The notes beneath the pieces are model-generated. The model made no database searches and was not told the origin of the DNA. It was given only the letters and a program-made list of their open reading frames with translations. A stretch of 64,000 nucleotides of DNA from Rhopilema esculentum (lineage: Eukaryota), in contig NW_027019640.1 in assembly GCF_013076305.1 (NCBI RefSeq), positions 4,938,378-5,002,377 of the forward strand, written 5' to 3'. Below are positions 13,332 through 27,794 of the stretch, one piece after another. Numbering within the stretch: position 1 is the stretch's first letter; each line of letters begins with the position of its first letter. A program made the translations under genes and the position numbers.

Positions 13332-16300
13332 CAAGCTTGCAAGATGTTCTTTCCTGTCTTAAAGTCGTCATTTTCGACAGAATAGAATTAAGTTAGTGAA
13401 AAAATGCAAGGATCTGGATGAGTCTTGTTTGGAACTGTTTCATTCTTTGAAATGCTAGATACGGAGTCGCAATTTGACAAACCAAGGTGAGTGAAGTACA
13501 AAAAAAGTTCGAGAAGCTACCTTTCAATTTTTTCAACTGTCCAGTCTTTTGTTCAGAAAATGAATCTTCAACAAGAGCAAATCTTCTTCCCTGCAACAGA
13601 ACAAATCTTCTTCCAGGCGACAATGGTGCAAGTTGAGTATGAAAACAATTTATAAGAAAATAATTAATAAAAGTTAAATCGTCTTGACACATTTCTTCAC
13701 GTAGTGAACGTAGCATTTTCTTTCATTGTACATTTGAATTTATACTCTTGTTTCCTTGCAAAAATATGGTCTTGGCTCAAATTGTTTGAGATGTTTAAAC
13801 GTGAGATGCTTGAGATGACTGCATAAACTTAGATTCTGAAGAGCAAAATAAACGATTGCAGCTCCCCAGCTTGCCAAAAGGACTTGATATTTAAACGTGT
13901 GACTTAATCTCATAAATGTTTTTTGCACCAGGCAAGATGCTGGCATAAACTTGATGCGGCATCTCGTTTCGGTCCTAGGCGCTTCTGTAAACTCTTTGCA
14001 GTACTCCTTGAGATAAACAATTACAGCTAAACCAAGAATTAATAACGAAGCCGTTTCATATTTCTCTACACTTGGAAGAATTTCCTTTGTATAATTAAAT
14101 TTACTTTCATAAATCCATTAAAATCTTTTGTTTAATTAAACAGTTTTTCTAAAAAACATACAGAATTAATAAGCACATAAGCTTTATCTCCATTGATATC
14201 TGTTTTGAACTGTTAATTAGAAAGTTATTCTAGGCAATGTTGGCAATCAAATTTTTCGAATTTTTCAAAGCCGTAAGACTTTAGTACAAAAATATCGACA
14301 AAGGCTTGTTCATTCAACAACCAAGCAAAAAAACTTGGGTTTTTTACGAAAATTTTAAATCTAGCTCTTTTAAAATGTTTTGCAATTATAACAGAAATCG
14401 TTCTACAACACACAATACCTTAATAGGTTTTTGACAAAAAGTCTTCGCAAATTGTGAGAAGACCTAGGTATTATCTTTGCAATTCTTTAAACATCGAATC
14501 AAACTTTAAAGGAGATTAATGTTTATTTAGAAATAGATTTGTAATATTTTCAAACTAGGAAATAATCTTGAGCCAGCGAAAGTATTACGATTTCATTAGA
14601 TTTGATATGTAAACAGGTATGGGTGTTGATAAAATCCCATTAACTTCTTTTTGTTAAAGAATTTTCGGCCATCACACACAGTTTACTATTTTCTGCATAT
14701 TATAATTATATGACTTAGCGTTTTTAAAAGGAAACTAGACTCTGATCTCGATAATGTTCTGATTAAATTTTCAGATAAACTTAATCAGTATAGATAGCCT
14801 CATGTTCAACTAATTCTAGAACTTACGTCTAACACTCAATTCTTCTTTAAACAATGAACGACCGGCTAATAGCAGCTTCAAGTTTAAATATATCAGTTAA
14901 GCGTCTAAATTGATATTGATTATTGCATTGTATATAAGGGAACTCTGGATGGTGCTGAAGAGGGGGGGTGAGGGACTGAGAGTGCTGCCTCCCCTTCCGC
15001 ACCCCGAGATCCCTGATGTATATACTAGGAATTGAGTTTAATGTGGTATCACAACCTTTCGAAATGGAATCAACAAGGGCATTTCTACTGATCTCTCTTC
15101 GACTATCTACAGAAACATTTTTGCAAAATAATTAAGTAGGGGCGATTGCAACTTTACCCTTTTGTTTATCGAAACTCTAGTTATTTCATTTTAAATTTAG
15201 GGTAAAGGGATCTTGCGTAGAAGCTAAAAAAAGGGAGCCATGATCTGATTATGTAGTTATTACCTTGAGTTCTCGTACAGGCAACAAAATTGAATGCGTG
15301 GTCTTGATTACCTGTTTGGCTGTCTAGCTTTATCTGCATCAACGATAAAAGTTTAAATGATTCTATTTTCCAAAGATATTTAAGATAAAAGTTGCGATAT
15401 CTTTAAAACTCCCCTACACGAATGCCTGGTCATGCCAAAGTTCAGAATTTGATCAGTCTTGCTACAATCAATTAAATGTCTTGATCGGGGCATTTGTGAT
15501 ACCAGTATGATATTTTGGATTTTCACTGATGTTAACTGTGTAAAAATATTTGTTCTTCAAAACAAAATATTTGTTCTTCATATATTATTTTCCGCAGTGA
15601 ACATTAAGTTCCTTTCATTTGTAGTTGCTCACTACATTCTGGCATAAGTATTTGTGTTTCTTGTTTCTTTTTTCTATTTTGAGAAAATAACATTGAGATA
15701 ACTTCCTTGTGGTAAGCCCGACTTTGCTCGTTCTATTGCTAACCCTAACTTTTCGAAACATTTCAGGTTCGTTTCTAGAGGTTTTCAGATTTCGGGTTCG
15801 CAATTAAAAGCCTTGGCATATAAAAATGTTTTCTGTCTGATACATTTCAAGTTATATTTCGTAAGAATGATGCTCGCTGAAGGTTAAATACTCCAACTGG
15901 TATCCAAGTGTTCGTCGGAAATGAAGCCAGTTACACGAGAAGGGTAGCGAAGCATCTCTCTATTCAATGGATTGCAATTGCGAGTGTTTGAGTGGATATT
16001 TTTCGGAAAATTCTCTAAAAGAAAACCATCCTTGATTGCTTCATCTACTTTCTTAGGTCTCCTCAGTAAACTTAGTAATCCTTCCTTCATCGAACTGGGC
16101 TTTTCGTATTCTAAGGAGTGCCCAGGGCCAACGCCAGGCTGGACTGCCCCAGGAGCAAAAGCCTTGGCGGCTCCCCAAATTGTTTTCGGTCCTGGTAACG
16201 CCCTTTCTCTGAAGTTGAAGGCTAAAATGAGCTTTATACCTTGCTTCGTAATTGTTAAAAAAATATGCCTTAATTTTGAGCATGGGCCATTCTTGGAGCC

Positions 16301-17559
16301 CAGGCCCCGGGGCATTGCTCCGACTGAACCCTTTTTGGCGCTACTTGGAGTGTCAAATGATTGCTATTTTTGGTGCTGTAATGCTGAAGCTTTCTTCTGC
16401 CAGAAAATTGACTTTCTATTTGAAGCAAATGATTTACTTCTGGTTTATGTTGATGCTGAAAAACCCTTCCACAAACTTATCACAATCCATTTCGCTTCTT
16501 CTTTTTTAATCCCTCTAATTTTTTTATCATTTTCTGCCTGTTCTCGTTAGTCTAGCTTTTATCTTTCTTTTACTTCTTGCTGTATTAGTTGATTTTCTAT
16601 GCTCCATACTTTATTCTTCAATGTGCAAGTATTCTTTTTTGTTTATTTTGCTCTATCTCCCACTCTTTCCTTCATTCATTTGCCTTCATTCATTCTCGTT
16701 TTTACCTCTCCGCTTTTTTAAACCGTTGTCTTTCTCTTCCACCCTCCCTTCCATTCTATCCTGCACCTTGTTTTCTTACCATAAATCATTCCTCCTTTAT
16801 AGTTTGTTTCTACCGTTCAAAAGAAACTCGAGGTGGTAAATCCTGACAATATTACGTGACACCGTTCTATTAATTCTGTTAGCTACCACGACTAAAACCA
16901 TTTTTTCCCTTATGAACTTACTTTGTGATATTGAATTATACAGAATTCATGATGAATTTCAAATAATGAGGACTATTTTCGCAAAACGCATTGTCCAAAA
17001 AAACAAGCAACTGTTTCATCATTTTGAAACCAGCAACATGCATTTTACTGGCCACACGTCCACGAAACATGAAATATTCTTTGTTTTAAACGGGCAGCCA
17101 AAAATTGAGGTATTCGTTTCATTGAAAACATGTAATCCACGTTGAAAGAAGGATATCGTGTGGTCTGCTCTCGACTTTCGCGTTGTTAAAATTTGGGAAT
17201 AGTGTATATTTCAACCCAAAACTGTTAATCTTTGAAGCAAGAGATTCTAATTTTATTAAGTATCAGGTGAGTAGGATAAAGATTACTCAAGACGCACGAG
17301 ATTCGAATAAAGAGTATATCAGATCTCCGCATGATAAATTTTTCATCAAAGTGTTTCAACTCATATATTAATGTAATTCTCTGATGCTCGTAGCAGCTTT
17401 TGATATCCGGGAAACTATCTTATTATCGGCATCACGATATAACACAGACAGAGACCTTGCTTTTACCTCGAATTAACTTTTCAACAACATCTAGAACAAC
17501 TCTCGTTCAATTCAACTGAACTCATAAAAAGCGAATGTTTTTAACGTGAATGACAATAA

Positions 17560-17640
17560 GGGGGAGAAGGGGGAGTGAGGGGGAGGTACAGAGGAGGGAA
17601 GGGGATTTGGGGAGGGAGGGAGGAAGGAGGGTCGAGTTCA
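17560..17640. repeat. Purine-rich (GGGAGG/GGGGA) low-complexity tract, potential G-quadruplex former
   Basis: gggggagaagggggagtgagggggaggtacagaggagggaaggggatttggggagggagggaggaaggaggg. Confidence 0.6.
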
Positions 17641-20600
17641 CAATAACAGAAACTATTCATAATCTGAGCTGTGTCAGTGAGACGAACCTGTAGTATTTTC
17701 GAAAAAGGTAACTTTCCATTCATGTTTAAGTAAAAAAAGTACAAAATTTTCACAAAAATTGAACTTAATTTTATCTTACACTTGCTGACATTCTATATAC
17801 GTGATTTTGTTTTATTCAAGATATTGTTTACACAAACAACAACAGTCTATTTAGTCTTCAGGGTTAGTAGAACAAGTCTCTACTTTAGCTAAAGAGGATT
17901 CTAAAAGGATCTTTAGTGCTTAATTGACTTTTCTTGCCCATAATCTTTCCCATGCCATTCCCCCTTTTTATTTTGAATTGTATGCTTGCTTCAAAAAGTG
18001 CAGAGTATAAACATGCTGGTTTTTATAAAGGTTTCATGGAGTAAACTTGCTGGGGTGACGAACCAGCAATGTCTGAAGGTCCGATGGATTTTAAAGTTTT
18101 GCACCACATGCATCCTACTTTGTGGTAGGGACATTAATGGCGCTTATGCTAGTTAATCAGGACTCTGATCTTCTATGAATCATCGTGTCGTGCAATCAGT
18201 GATTTCGCTATTGTTTGTTGATGTGTGTTTGGTGGCGAAACTTTTCCTGTCTCCTTTTTGGATCTATTTTGTTAGCCTTCTCCCATATTTTGAATTGGCA
18301 AGGCTTTAATTTTTAGAATTGTTAGGGAAGTAGCTCATTAAGTAATTAAGGCAAATTTGGTAACAGGGCCTTATCTGAAAGTAGACTTTTTTATTCGCAT
18401 TAGAATATGCAACTCCAATATGCCTTTTGTGTGGACCGATCTTATGATATTTAATTTCCCTATGCGTTATTGAAAAATTTAACTATATTGTCGAATAGGT
18501 TGAATTAGTAAGGATCAGGCTGTAAATACCGTTAGTCTTCTAAATGCTCTCGAGATGAAACGTAGCGATATTTTGATTTTAGCTGTCCCATACAAGAAAC
18601 GAAAAGCAATGAAAGTCTTAATGAATTTCTTCATGGATCGAGATCATCAGGATGTTTCGAATGTATTGATTTGCATGTCCATTTCCTGGTTGAAAATTTA
18701 ATTCATGAACTAATTCTATTGGTGTCTTTTAGAGGTCTTTCATATCTTACGAAACTGGAAGTTTTTGATTCGTTTATATGCTTTTTAAAGCATTTGCGCC
18801 TTATGCCACCCAGAGCTAGGCCCTGCTTGTCCGCCATTACACTGCTACTCGTTATTTGCATAAGCGTCCCAGCCCTTGCACAGACGCATGCTTATGCAGA
18901 AACGCATATGACACCGGTTGGCCTTGGCTCACTCAACTCTTGTTGCTATCTTGTTGTGCTATTCTTGAGTCAATCGTCATGCGGTATTTTCCAGTACCTC
19001 GAATCCTATTATCATACCGTATAATGCGGTTCATTTAAGAGAAAAGGAGAGTCAGGCACCTACAAGAAATATCAAAGAATAAAGATACATACGAAATTTT
19101 AAAAGAAACCTTTTAAAAACAGGTAAAAACGACAAGAAAAAAGAAGAAAAAATATAAATTTTGCAAACACGCAGAAATTTTTTTTATACATTTTGGCCGT
19201 CAACAGTTTTCTAGAAAACTTCAGTCTTAAAATTGAAATTGAAAATACCCCACATAATGATAGCTGTAAGTAATAAAGAAGGTATAGAGAAGTTAATTAG
19301 GAGCGAAGCCTGTTTATTGATTTAGCTGGTGTTTTCTCTGCGTATTGTTACAACAGACCGGTACGAGATCAAACAAAAGTTTATCACCAAGGCAGTAGAA
19401 ATATTTTACTAAAAATTTTCCTCCTATTCGTCATAACAGAATCGGAATGGACGCTCCATTACAATCATATCAATGTCAGAATTTAGCAAGTTGAAGCCTA
19501 AGCGTGTTATGACTTGTATTACGAATCAGAATTGTGTGTTTAGAACTGGATGATAAACGGGAGTTGATGCGGAGTTGCGGGAAGCGTAAATCCAAAAGGA
19601 ACTCATCTTACGGCTCAATGTCGTCGATGTCTTATCAACGGTTTGCAGAGAGCGGTTATAATCTTGGAAGAAAATTGGGGTATAAACTTTGTGTTTTTTA
19701 ATCATAAGAATGGCATTACGTAATATTGCGTACGAGTGACGCTATATTGTCACGTTAAAGCGCTGTTTTACGTGACTTTGTTTCTTACATTGCACTTTTC
19801 CATTGATGTTATTCCTGCGATAAAACGCGATCAGATCAAAGTAAATCGCGATCGAAATATCTGTGTCATGTTCGGAAGCACTGTGAAACCTCAAACATGC
19901 CAAGTAACTTGTTCTCCAAACTTTTTTGGCTGCGGGTAGAGACTTGGCAAGTAACTACTGAACAAATGAGTGCTATACAGGCTCTGCTAACGCCCAGTAC
20001 ATTGATACTTTATCGTATCCTGCTTTGCTTGATTGTTGTCCAACTTAATTAAGCCTAGTAAATACACGTACTAGCTTGTAAATTGAATTTTAAGAATGCT
20101 TGTTTAGGGAAAGCCCAAGAACGCCTTTTCGCAGTACAGTATGAGCAAGAAAGAGGGTGAAACATCGACTAAAAGGCAAATGAAGCAAAGTGAAAAAATG
20201 AATTAAATTCGTCAGAGCGGTGTGGTCATTGCCCTACCCACCAATTCTGCCAATTTCCTTATCTAGAATTACGGGCCTCTTTATGACTTTTGGTCTAACA
20301 TGTTCTGATAAATTTTTCATGCTGTGGGATAGACATTTTCGAAACAGTGGATTCATTCTAAAGTCAATGAATGAACGGGAGTTCTCTATATGGCGGAATC
20401 GCAACTTTTTGAAGAGACCGAACCATTATTACGTACCAGGTGATTCCAAAATTTTTTTGTGGAATAAAGTTCATTCTTGATAGAAGAAGAAATGCTTTTA
20501 GGAGTTTTTGTATTTGAGTTTTTAAAATAGCCACTGCAAATTCTTTCGACTTGATCAAGAGCAGCTGCATTATTTTTTGGCAAGAGTAGCTATAGGAATT

Positions 20601-21123
20601 TCATAAGAAGTGTTACTTCCATAAGGTAGTTTCATCTTAGCATGAATTTTTGAATCTAGAAACAGCCCTAAGACGATTGTGGATAACAGCCTTGAAGAAG
20701 ACACTGTATCGGTGAATATGGTATTATCAATCTTGTTTACAATTGGAATAACATATGTTTCCAGATGGTGGTCGAATCTTAGACATCGGGGCGATAAGAA
20801 TGTATCAGTCGTTCTTACGCTTGTCCGCAATACTATTTTGATTTCATGCTTTTTGCGTAAAATTCCTGCGAGCAGGGGGTAGCTTCAGCGAAATTGAAAT
20901 ATTTATTAACACTGCTAATAAAAACGTTGTAAAACAGAAATAAAAACCAAATAACTAAATATGCATAGAGGTTTATCAAAGAATAGAAGCAGATACGCTG
21001 GAAGGTTTTTTTCTCTTTATTTGATTGTATAAATAAGATATATTTAGTGCTTCTATACCAAGATTGAAGCTAGGAATGCGCTCTTCTTGAGGCAGTCAGG
21101 CGTGTTCAAATAGTCGAAACAAG

Positions 21124-21146
21124 ATTATTATTATTATTATTATTAA
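21124..21146. repeat. (ATT)n microsatellite, ~8 units
   Basis: attattattattattattattaa. Confidence 0.8.
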
Positions 21147-24100
21147 CTCTTTATTTACAATGTTGGCATAAAAAAAGATATAAAATAGCTATATATGTAT
21201 AAGAAAAAATATTTATAAGCATAGCTTATAAAAGCCAACTAAAAGAACCGTACATTCAATGAGTCGCCATAAGATTTTCTCCTTTTGTTTTAAGATTCCG
21301 ACGTGCGAAATATTATAAAGCTAGGGAATCTATGGTTCTTTTTACGATAAGGGGTTCTATATGAAACACTTAAGCAAACAAATAGCTAAAAATGCTGTTT
21401 TCTTTTTACCTAGCCCGGGTAAATGCAGTTATACAACGAAAAAGGCCTATATTATTCAATATTCACATTTTCTTTACATGTCATGTTTTTATAATTATTT
21501 CATTTTTGCTTAAAACAACTGAAAGATATTTTGAATATTTTCAGGGGTAGAATGACTTCCCAGAATGGCAAGAGCATACCTCTCCTCACGCACAACAGAG
21601 AAAGATCGCTGAGCTACAAGGAGCGACAGATGTTAACTTCGGAATCCAGTAATTACTTTCCAACGGAAATCAGAAGCTTACGCATGCTAAAGTCTGCCAT
21701 ATTTACATTCCTAGAACACCCCAATCGACCAGTTAGCCGGTTGTACCATTCTCTCGTGTAAGTTGATGGTTTGCCTGTCGTATTTAACTAGTATTTACCC
21801 CTTGCTTGGCACCTGGATAATGGAAACACAATTAAGACTGATAATATGAACACGTTTTTACGGGGAAACCACAAGATGTTTCTATACGTGCTGACTATCA
21901 AGTGTGTGTTCCTTTAACATCTGCCCTTTGTTTATACGAAGCTTTTTGGAAAAATTTTCACAATAGATTTGCTTTGAGCGAAAATCTTTCTAAACAGTTT
22001 GATGGCAAAATACTTGACAAAAGTTGTTCCAAAACAAGACCATTGAATTTATGCACTCGCACAGTCGAGTCCAAAAACACTTCGCCTATAGTGCCCTCAA
22101 CGGACATACAAATACACGTTTCTAAATTCAAGATAGTTTAATGGACACTACTTCTTTCTCTAAAACGGTTTCATTTTTGGACAGCCTTGAACACAGTAAA
22201 CAGAAAGCCTCAGAACATAAAATTTGATCATAAAAATCATTTTGACTCATTTAGAATGCTTATGAAATTTTCTATTTTTTCAGTTAGGCATTCATTAAAC
22301 AGGTGTGCTCATTAATTTTCAATTTACTTTTTCATGCCATTACCCTAGATACAAGTGCCTAAGAAATTGGGAGGGGAAAATTATTTCTCATCTCGGTTTC
22401 CTGCCTATTTATTAGACTCTGGTACCAAGTGGCCAGATTGCATGTAACAGAGACAATAAAAGCTGTTTAAAAATCAGTTTGATCTAAGATTTTGAATAGT
22501 AAATCGTGATTTTTCTTCTCGCAGTCAATGTGAATTGTTTTTTGGCAAATAAGAAACATTTCGTAGAATTTAGCCCTTGGTTTTTTTACTTCTGTTTTTC
22601 TTTATCCCCAAGTCTATTTATTTTCTCGTGAACTTCCTCAATTTTTTTGTAGAATCTTCCTAATTCTGATTAGCCTTGGACTTGCCATTTACCTGACCGT
22701 TCGGAAAACATTGCATTTGGATCATCATATCGTCTACCACTATCTTGCACTACTGGTATGTTTGCGATATAGCAATATAGTTTATTAGATTTTCCTTACA
22801 GTATTGCTACTTTTTTCTTATACTATTACGAACTCTCCTGGAGTACCAGGATGATAAAAACAGAGGTAAACGGGGGAACGTTTGAGAGAAAGGCAAACCG
22901 CTCCGTTTTCCCCTACTGCTTCCGCATCGCAATTCTTCTGTTTCTTGTAACCATATTACTACTAGTGCGGATGTCACAAAGCTTTTTAGCTGAATAGCAC
23001 GCAAAAACTTATTTCCAGGAAGAAAGCACGTTGATGGGTTACTGGTTACTGGTTGGTGGATAAAATTTTGGAATCTCACACTTTAAGATATTTTATAGAA
23101 ATGCTTACCGCTAGAGGTTTGGAGTGAAAAAGGACATATCCAGTTTCCAATGAGTTCTTAAAACACACATATTTTGAACAGCATGCAATTTATAATTTTA
23201 TTGATTTTATTTTTTGTTCATTCCTTAGAATATTGTATATACAACTCTATTAAACAGACACGAATACGACTAGAACTGTTAAATTACACGACGCAAGTTA
23301 AATAGGACACTAAAAATATTTAGTTAAACAGGAATACTAAAGCAAAGGTTTAATCTTATTTCTGAAATTTTTGAAAAGGTTTAACCTTTGAGAATAATCT
23401 AAGAATTTATTTAAGTTCAATATCAATTGTTTTAAGCATATCAAGGATAAACAAAATGAACGTATTTTCATGGGAAAATAGTATGCATGTCTGGAAATAC
23501 GTTAATAAAGCTTGCAGGAGTGGTCCACCGGGCACCGGATATTGCAATTTTTTCTTGAGAGTTATTATCCAATAAATTTGCGTTGTTTTATTTTTATGCA
23601 GGCTGCTCTTTGATAAACTATCACCACAGCTTATCAGAGCATGCCTGAATGGAACTATAACTTATTTTTATCATAGACCTTTTAGCCCAGGCGATTTACT
23701 TCAATCGCTAAGTCAAGGCTTTAAAATTTAATTGCTAAGTCCAGCTATCTAAGAAAATAATTAAGTGAATTTTGGTCGTGATCCCGCTTCAGCTGCACAA
23801 CGCCATCGCCTACTGTTTCCATTGTTATTTGAAATTGTTACAAAGCTTTGCAGCAAAGCTGTTTGGCCTAATGCCATTCAGCTGGACTTAATATGCCAGG
23901 ATATTTCTAAGAATAAACCCGCTATCAATTAATCTTTTAAGCAATACCATCACTAAGAATACAGCCGCTAAGAAATAAAAAGATGATAGAAGTTACATAT
24001 GAAAAAAGAAGTTGATAGATCTCACTAGACGGATAATCCATTAACTAAGGTAGCGTCTGTCAACAACAAATGCAATACATAAATTCGTTAGTTGTTCCTA

Positions 24101-24749
24101 AAATATATGTTTTTCTATAAAACGGATAGTGCAGTTTGCATGTCTCACATGATTGCTAACATTACCATTTCTTCCGTCGCTAACTGTCGAAAGAGACTTC
24201 AGGTTTAAAAATGTAGCATTAAAAGCTTTTAAAGTCAAAATATCTCTTTGAATTGCAAGTGTTCCCAAATCCTCTATCAAGGAACAACTCTTTAATTTAG
24301 TTAGAAATATTTAATCTGCAAATTCCATTCTCCTTTGCTTGCTGTTAATTCTTTGCCACAATCACCACATTAAATACAAACTTTGTCACAAGTTTTCCCA
24401 ACTGACAAATTTTGTAATTCCTTTATTATACTTATTTTGCTTACTGGAATATAACTCTTCCTACATTTTTGAAAGACCAACTTTTGCTGCTTGTTTAGAA
24501 CCATATAAATCTATGCAAAATTCAGCATTACAATCTTTTCCACAATTGACTATTCGTGATCCAAGAATTGAAGAAGGCAAAAAAACTGGAAATGTTTGAC
24601 TGCGGATGAAGTTTATAGATAGAAAAACCCGATGGTTTCTTTTTTTCTACAATCTTGATCATTTTGAAATTATTGTCGCCGATATACTAAGCAAAGAAGC
24701 AGATGATTGCAAGAATGATTTTTTGCTCTAATTGTCGTTCACTTTCTAG

Positions 24750-24876
24750 GAATGCGGTCTAGCTGCCATCTTTATTATCGAATATTTGCTGAGAATCTGG
24801 TCATGCAGCATAAAAGGGATATATAAAGGCTTTAGGGGAACTCTAAGGTTCATGTGGAAGCCACATATGATTCTTG
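24750..24876 (+). CDS. KCNQ: KCNQ-type K+ channel exon (S2 end and S2–S3 linker)
   Basis: ECGLAAIFIIEYLLRIWSCSIKGIYKGFRGTLRFMWKPHMIL resembles KCNQ1 [42 protein letters not shown]. An in-frame stop lies immediately upstream; acceptor tttctag; donor GTGAGT at 24877. Confidence 0.8.
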
Positions 24877-25346
24877 GTGAGTGCGTTGCTAAAAGGTACT
24901 AGTGAATCGTTTGATGCTTTGTTTGAAAATCTTTGTTGCTTTTAGATGCTTGCAAGGCTTGAGCTATAAACATTTAAAAACCTTTTCACGCAAACAGTAG
25001 AACTATTTTTCATTGAAGATGTCTGTGTATCTTTTGATGGACTAGAGAGTGACCTCGGTTTTTGATCGGATGCTGTAATAAAAGAATAGGACTCAAATTT
25101 GATACTTTTAAGAAAAAACAGCCTCTTGAAGGTGGTATCCGCTCTTTCAGTCCAACAAATAGGATGTATTTATACAAATATGATGGCGGACTGTAGTTTA
25201 GTCTATTTCAATATCAGAACCGATCTTTAGAAATTATGAGTACTACAACCCCAGCCTTTCCCACCTCCTTCTTGCTCTGTATTTATTGCATTTATGAAGA
25301 CGGAAAATCATCGGATCCCTTTTAAATGCTGCACTTTCCTTTGCAG

Positions 25347-25422
25347 ATTTCTTCGCTATATTAGCATCTCTTACTCTTGCTATTCTTATGAATAAATTTC
25401 GTTTTGACTGGGCCCATATGAG
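25347..25422 (+). CDS. KCNQ: KCNQ exon (S3)
   Basis: DFFAILASLTLAILMNKFRFDWAHM(R) resembles DLIVVVASMVVL...; acceptor ttgcag; donor GTATGT; phase 1 in, phase 2 out. Confidence 0.8.
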
Positions 25423-25788
25423 GTATGTTTAGTTCTTCCAAAACTTCTTTTTGATTCATACAAATGTAAGAAAGTAGATTTGATCGTGGCGTTTTTAAAA
25501 ATGTCATCGTAGAAACAATTTGGTTATCTATTATTAGAGATTAAATTGCACAAAAATATATTGGCATTATAAGACTGTATATAGAATAATTACATAGATT
25601 GCTGTGTATGCTCTGGAGAACAGTTTCTCATCAGAGGTCCCCAGACTAGATGGAGTGAATTTCAGTGTCCAATTTCAATCCAATTTACTACCTCTCTAAT
25701 GTAAGGTCAGAGCATCTAACATCCAAAGTGTTTGATCGTATGCGCATTTCTGTATAAGTCCTAAACTTTTATACTATCCGTTTTATAG

Positions 25789-25885
25789 GTATGCTATGCC
25801 ACTCCAGCTTATAAGAATACTTAGAATTGATCGAGAACGTGGTGCCTTTAAGACGTTCCATGCAGTCATTAAGAACCACTTCAAG
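25789..25885 (+). CDS. KCNQ: KCNQ exon (S4 voltage sensor)
   Basis: RYAMPLQLIRILRIDRERGAFKTFHAVIKNHFK resembles ...[29 protein letters not shown], with arginines at every third position. Confidence 0.8.
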
Positions 25886-26684
25886 GTAATAACATTACAA
25901 CCATACACAGTGCTCTATGTGTTATCTGATGTGTACATATAAACCCTTTGTGCAAGATGATACATGTTTAATAAATGTTAAGGACGACTATCACTACTTT
26001 TGCTCAAATTAATTAGATCAGCAGCTCGCTTTTGTCTATGTACCGTATGCAACAGATAGAATTTTGAACCTTCTCCATTAGTACTTTGCCTCAAATTTCT
26101 CATTAAGTAAATACTTTTGCTATTCCTATTTTTGGACAGTCCTATTTTTTAAAATGATAGGTTAGCGGCAAAATGGTTTCGAATGATCTCGAAATTTCTA
26201 CAAGGTTTTTCTTTTTCATACGAAAAAAGTAAAATATGTTTAAAAAATATTGTTACTTTGCACTACTGCATCATACACAGGCTTAGAAATCTAGAAGAGG
26301 CTACATAAGGTTTGAAAATTTATGTCATAGAGCTCTGATGTTTTCGCAGACTTTTTAGCTTCTCTTTGTTCGTAAATTTATTTAACTTTTTAGTCATGAT
26401 TTTTGTGTTTGTTTCCTATAAATTTATTCAGCTCAGAAATGAAATCTCGAGATCTTTGTAAAAGTATAAGGCATAAGAATAAGGAGAAAAGTAAGTGCTA
26501 AATGAATTGGCGAAGGCTATAAAAAGCAAAGCAGTAAATCGATCAATTCAAAAGTGCATTGAAAATATATAAAATCTTTAAAAAATTACAAAACCATGTC
26601 CCTCTACAATTTGCCCCTTGATCTTTTTTATTTCCGCGCTAAAAGCACAGCTCCTTGAACTAATTGTGTCCTTGCCTTTTTCAG

Positions 26685-26822
26685 GAACTACTCACATGCT
26701 GGTATATGGGTTTTATCGTGGTCTTGTTCCTAAGCTATCTGGCATATGCTGAGCCTGTGATAATCGGTGGCAAACAGAACAGAACCGTTGATGACTTAGC
26801 AAATGGAGTCTACTGGGCCATC
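26685..26822 (+). CDS. KCNQ: KCNQ exon (S5 and turret)
   Basis: ELLTCWYMGFIVVLFLSYLAYAEPVIIGGKQNRTVDDLANGVYWAI resembles [26 protein letters not shown]...YADALWWGV. Confidence 0.8.
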
Positions 26823-27794
26823 GTATGTATCAGTATTTTAAGTCAAAATAACCCTTACCCTGATCATTCTTAGAATGGTTCTGGGTGGAGCCTCTTTACC
26901 TAGTGTAAACTTAATATTTCACATGCATCTCCAACTTGCGTTCCCTGCCAATCCTTAGAAAATCCTTTTCTAGAATATAACCAGTTTCTTGTAGTAAAAT
27001 CGAGAAATATTCACCCGTCCACACAAAATCAATATTAATTGATAACTCTGCTAAATAGACTTTCTCTAGTCAAAATTGTTCATGGGGGGTGGTGCAAATT
27101 TAGGGCACTAAAAGTAATTCTGACGAAACAAAGTTTCGCTTGGGTCAACAATTGATACCCAACTTGTACTTGAATTTGGTATGGTTAAATTGAAGTTATT
27201 TTTGCGGTAAAAGCGCATACATCCTACCTAGAATGAGGTGTTTAATATTGATTTGTTTCGATATCTTTTGATTATTGTGTTTGTAAGATATTTAGAATCA
27301 AAGAGAGCATTGAAAGGTTCAAATAGCTCATTTGTACAGATCAGCCTTCAGACATTAATCTTGCTTGCGCTGTTACTCCGTTACCCAAAGACTGTTTGTA
27401 GTTCAGTTAACAGAATGTCTACCAAATATTTTCAAATATGATCGATAAAAAGTTTGTATTTCTAAACTTAATTTTGACAAAACATTAGGCGTTCGATCGA
27501 TCCAGGCCGTAGTTCTCTTTAGACTCCTGTGGAGGCGCTTGAGCGACCTGGAGCGCCTGTCCACGTAGGGATTGAAATGTAGCCTGCGCGCAGTACTAGA
27601 ACATAGAGTCTGCGTACAGGCTACTGAAATGTGGTTTTTGCAATTATTTCACCTTTTTATGAGAAAAAGATAGTTGAATGAACTGTTTACAGTTAGAAGG
27701 CATTTGACCAAATCTTATATTTATATTTACTTACTTCGGTCTAACACAATCTTTCTTTCTTTATGGTGCTATGCTACAGTAGAATATTTCGTCG

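Noticed and set aside
22650-22760. Hydrophobic potential exon IFLILISLGLAIYLTVRKTLHLDHHIVYHYLALL between an AG and a GT
   Set aside because: The order of motifs does not match KCNQ S1 (the YH.F motif should precede the TM helix), and the phase to the exon at 24750 could not be made consistent.
24339-24599. ORF containing YIFERPTFAAC, reminiscent of the KCNQ pre-S1 motif NFLERP(R/T)GW
   Set aside because: No hydrophobic S1 segment follows, no usable splice sites in phase with the first recognised exon at 24750, and the match is only 5–6 residues. Treated as coincidence; the true S1 exon is not identified.
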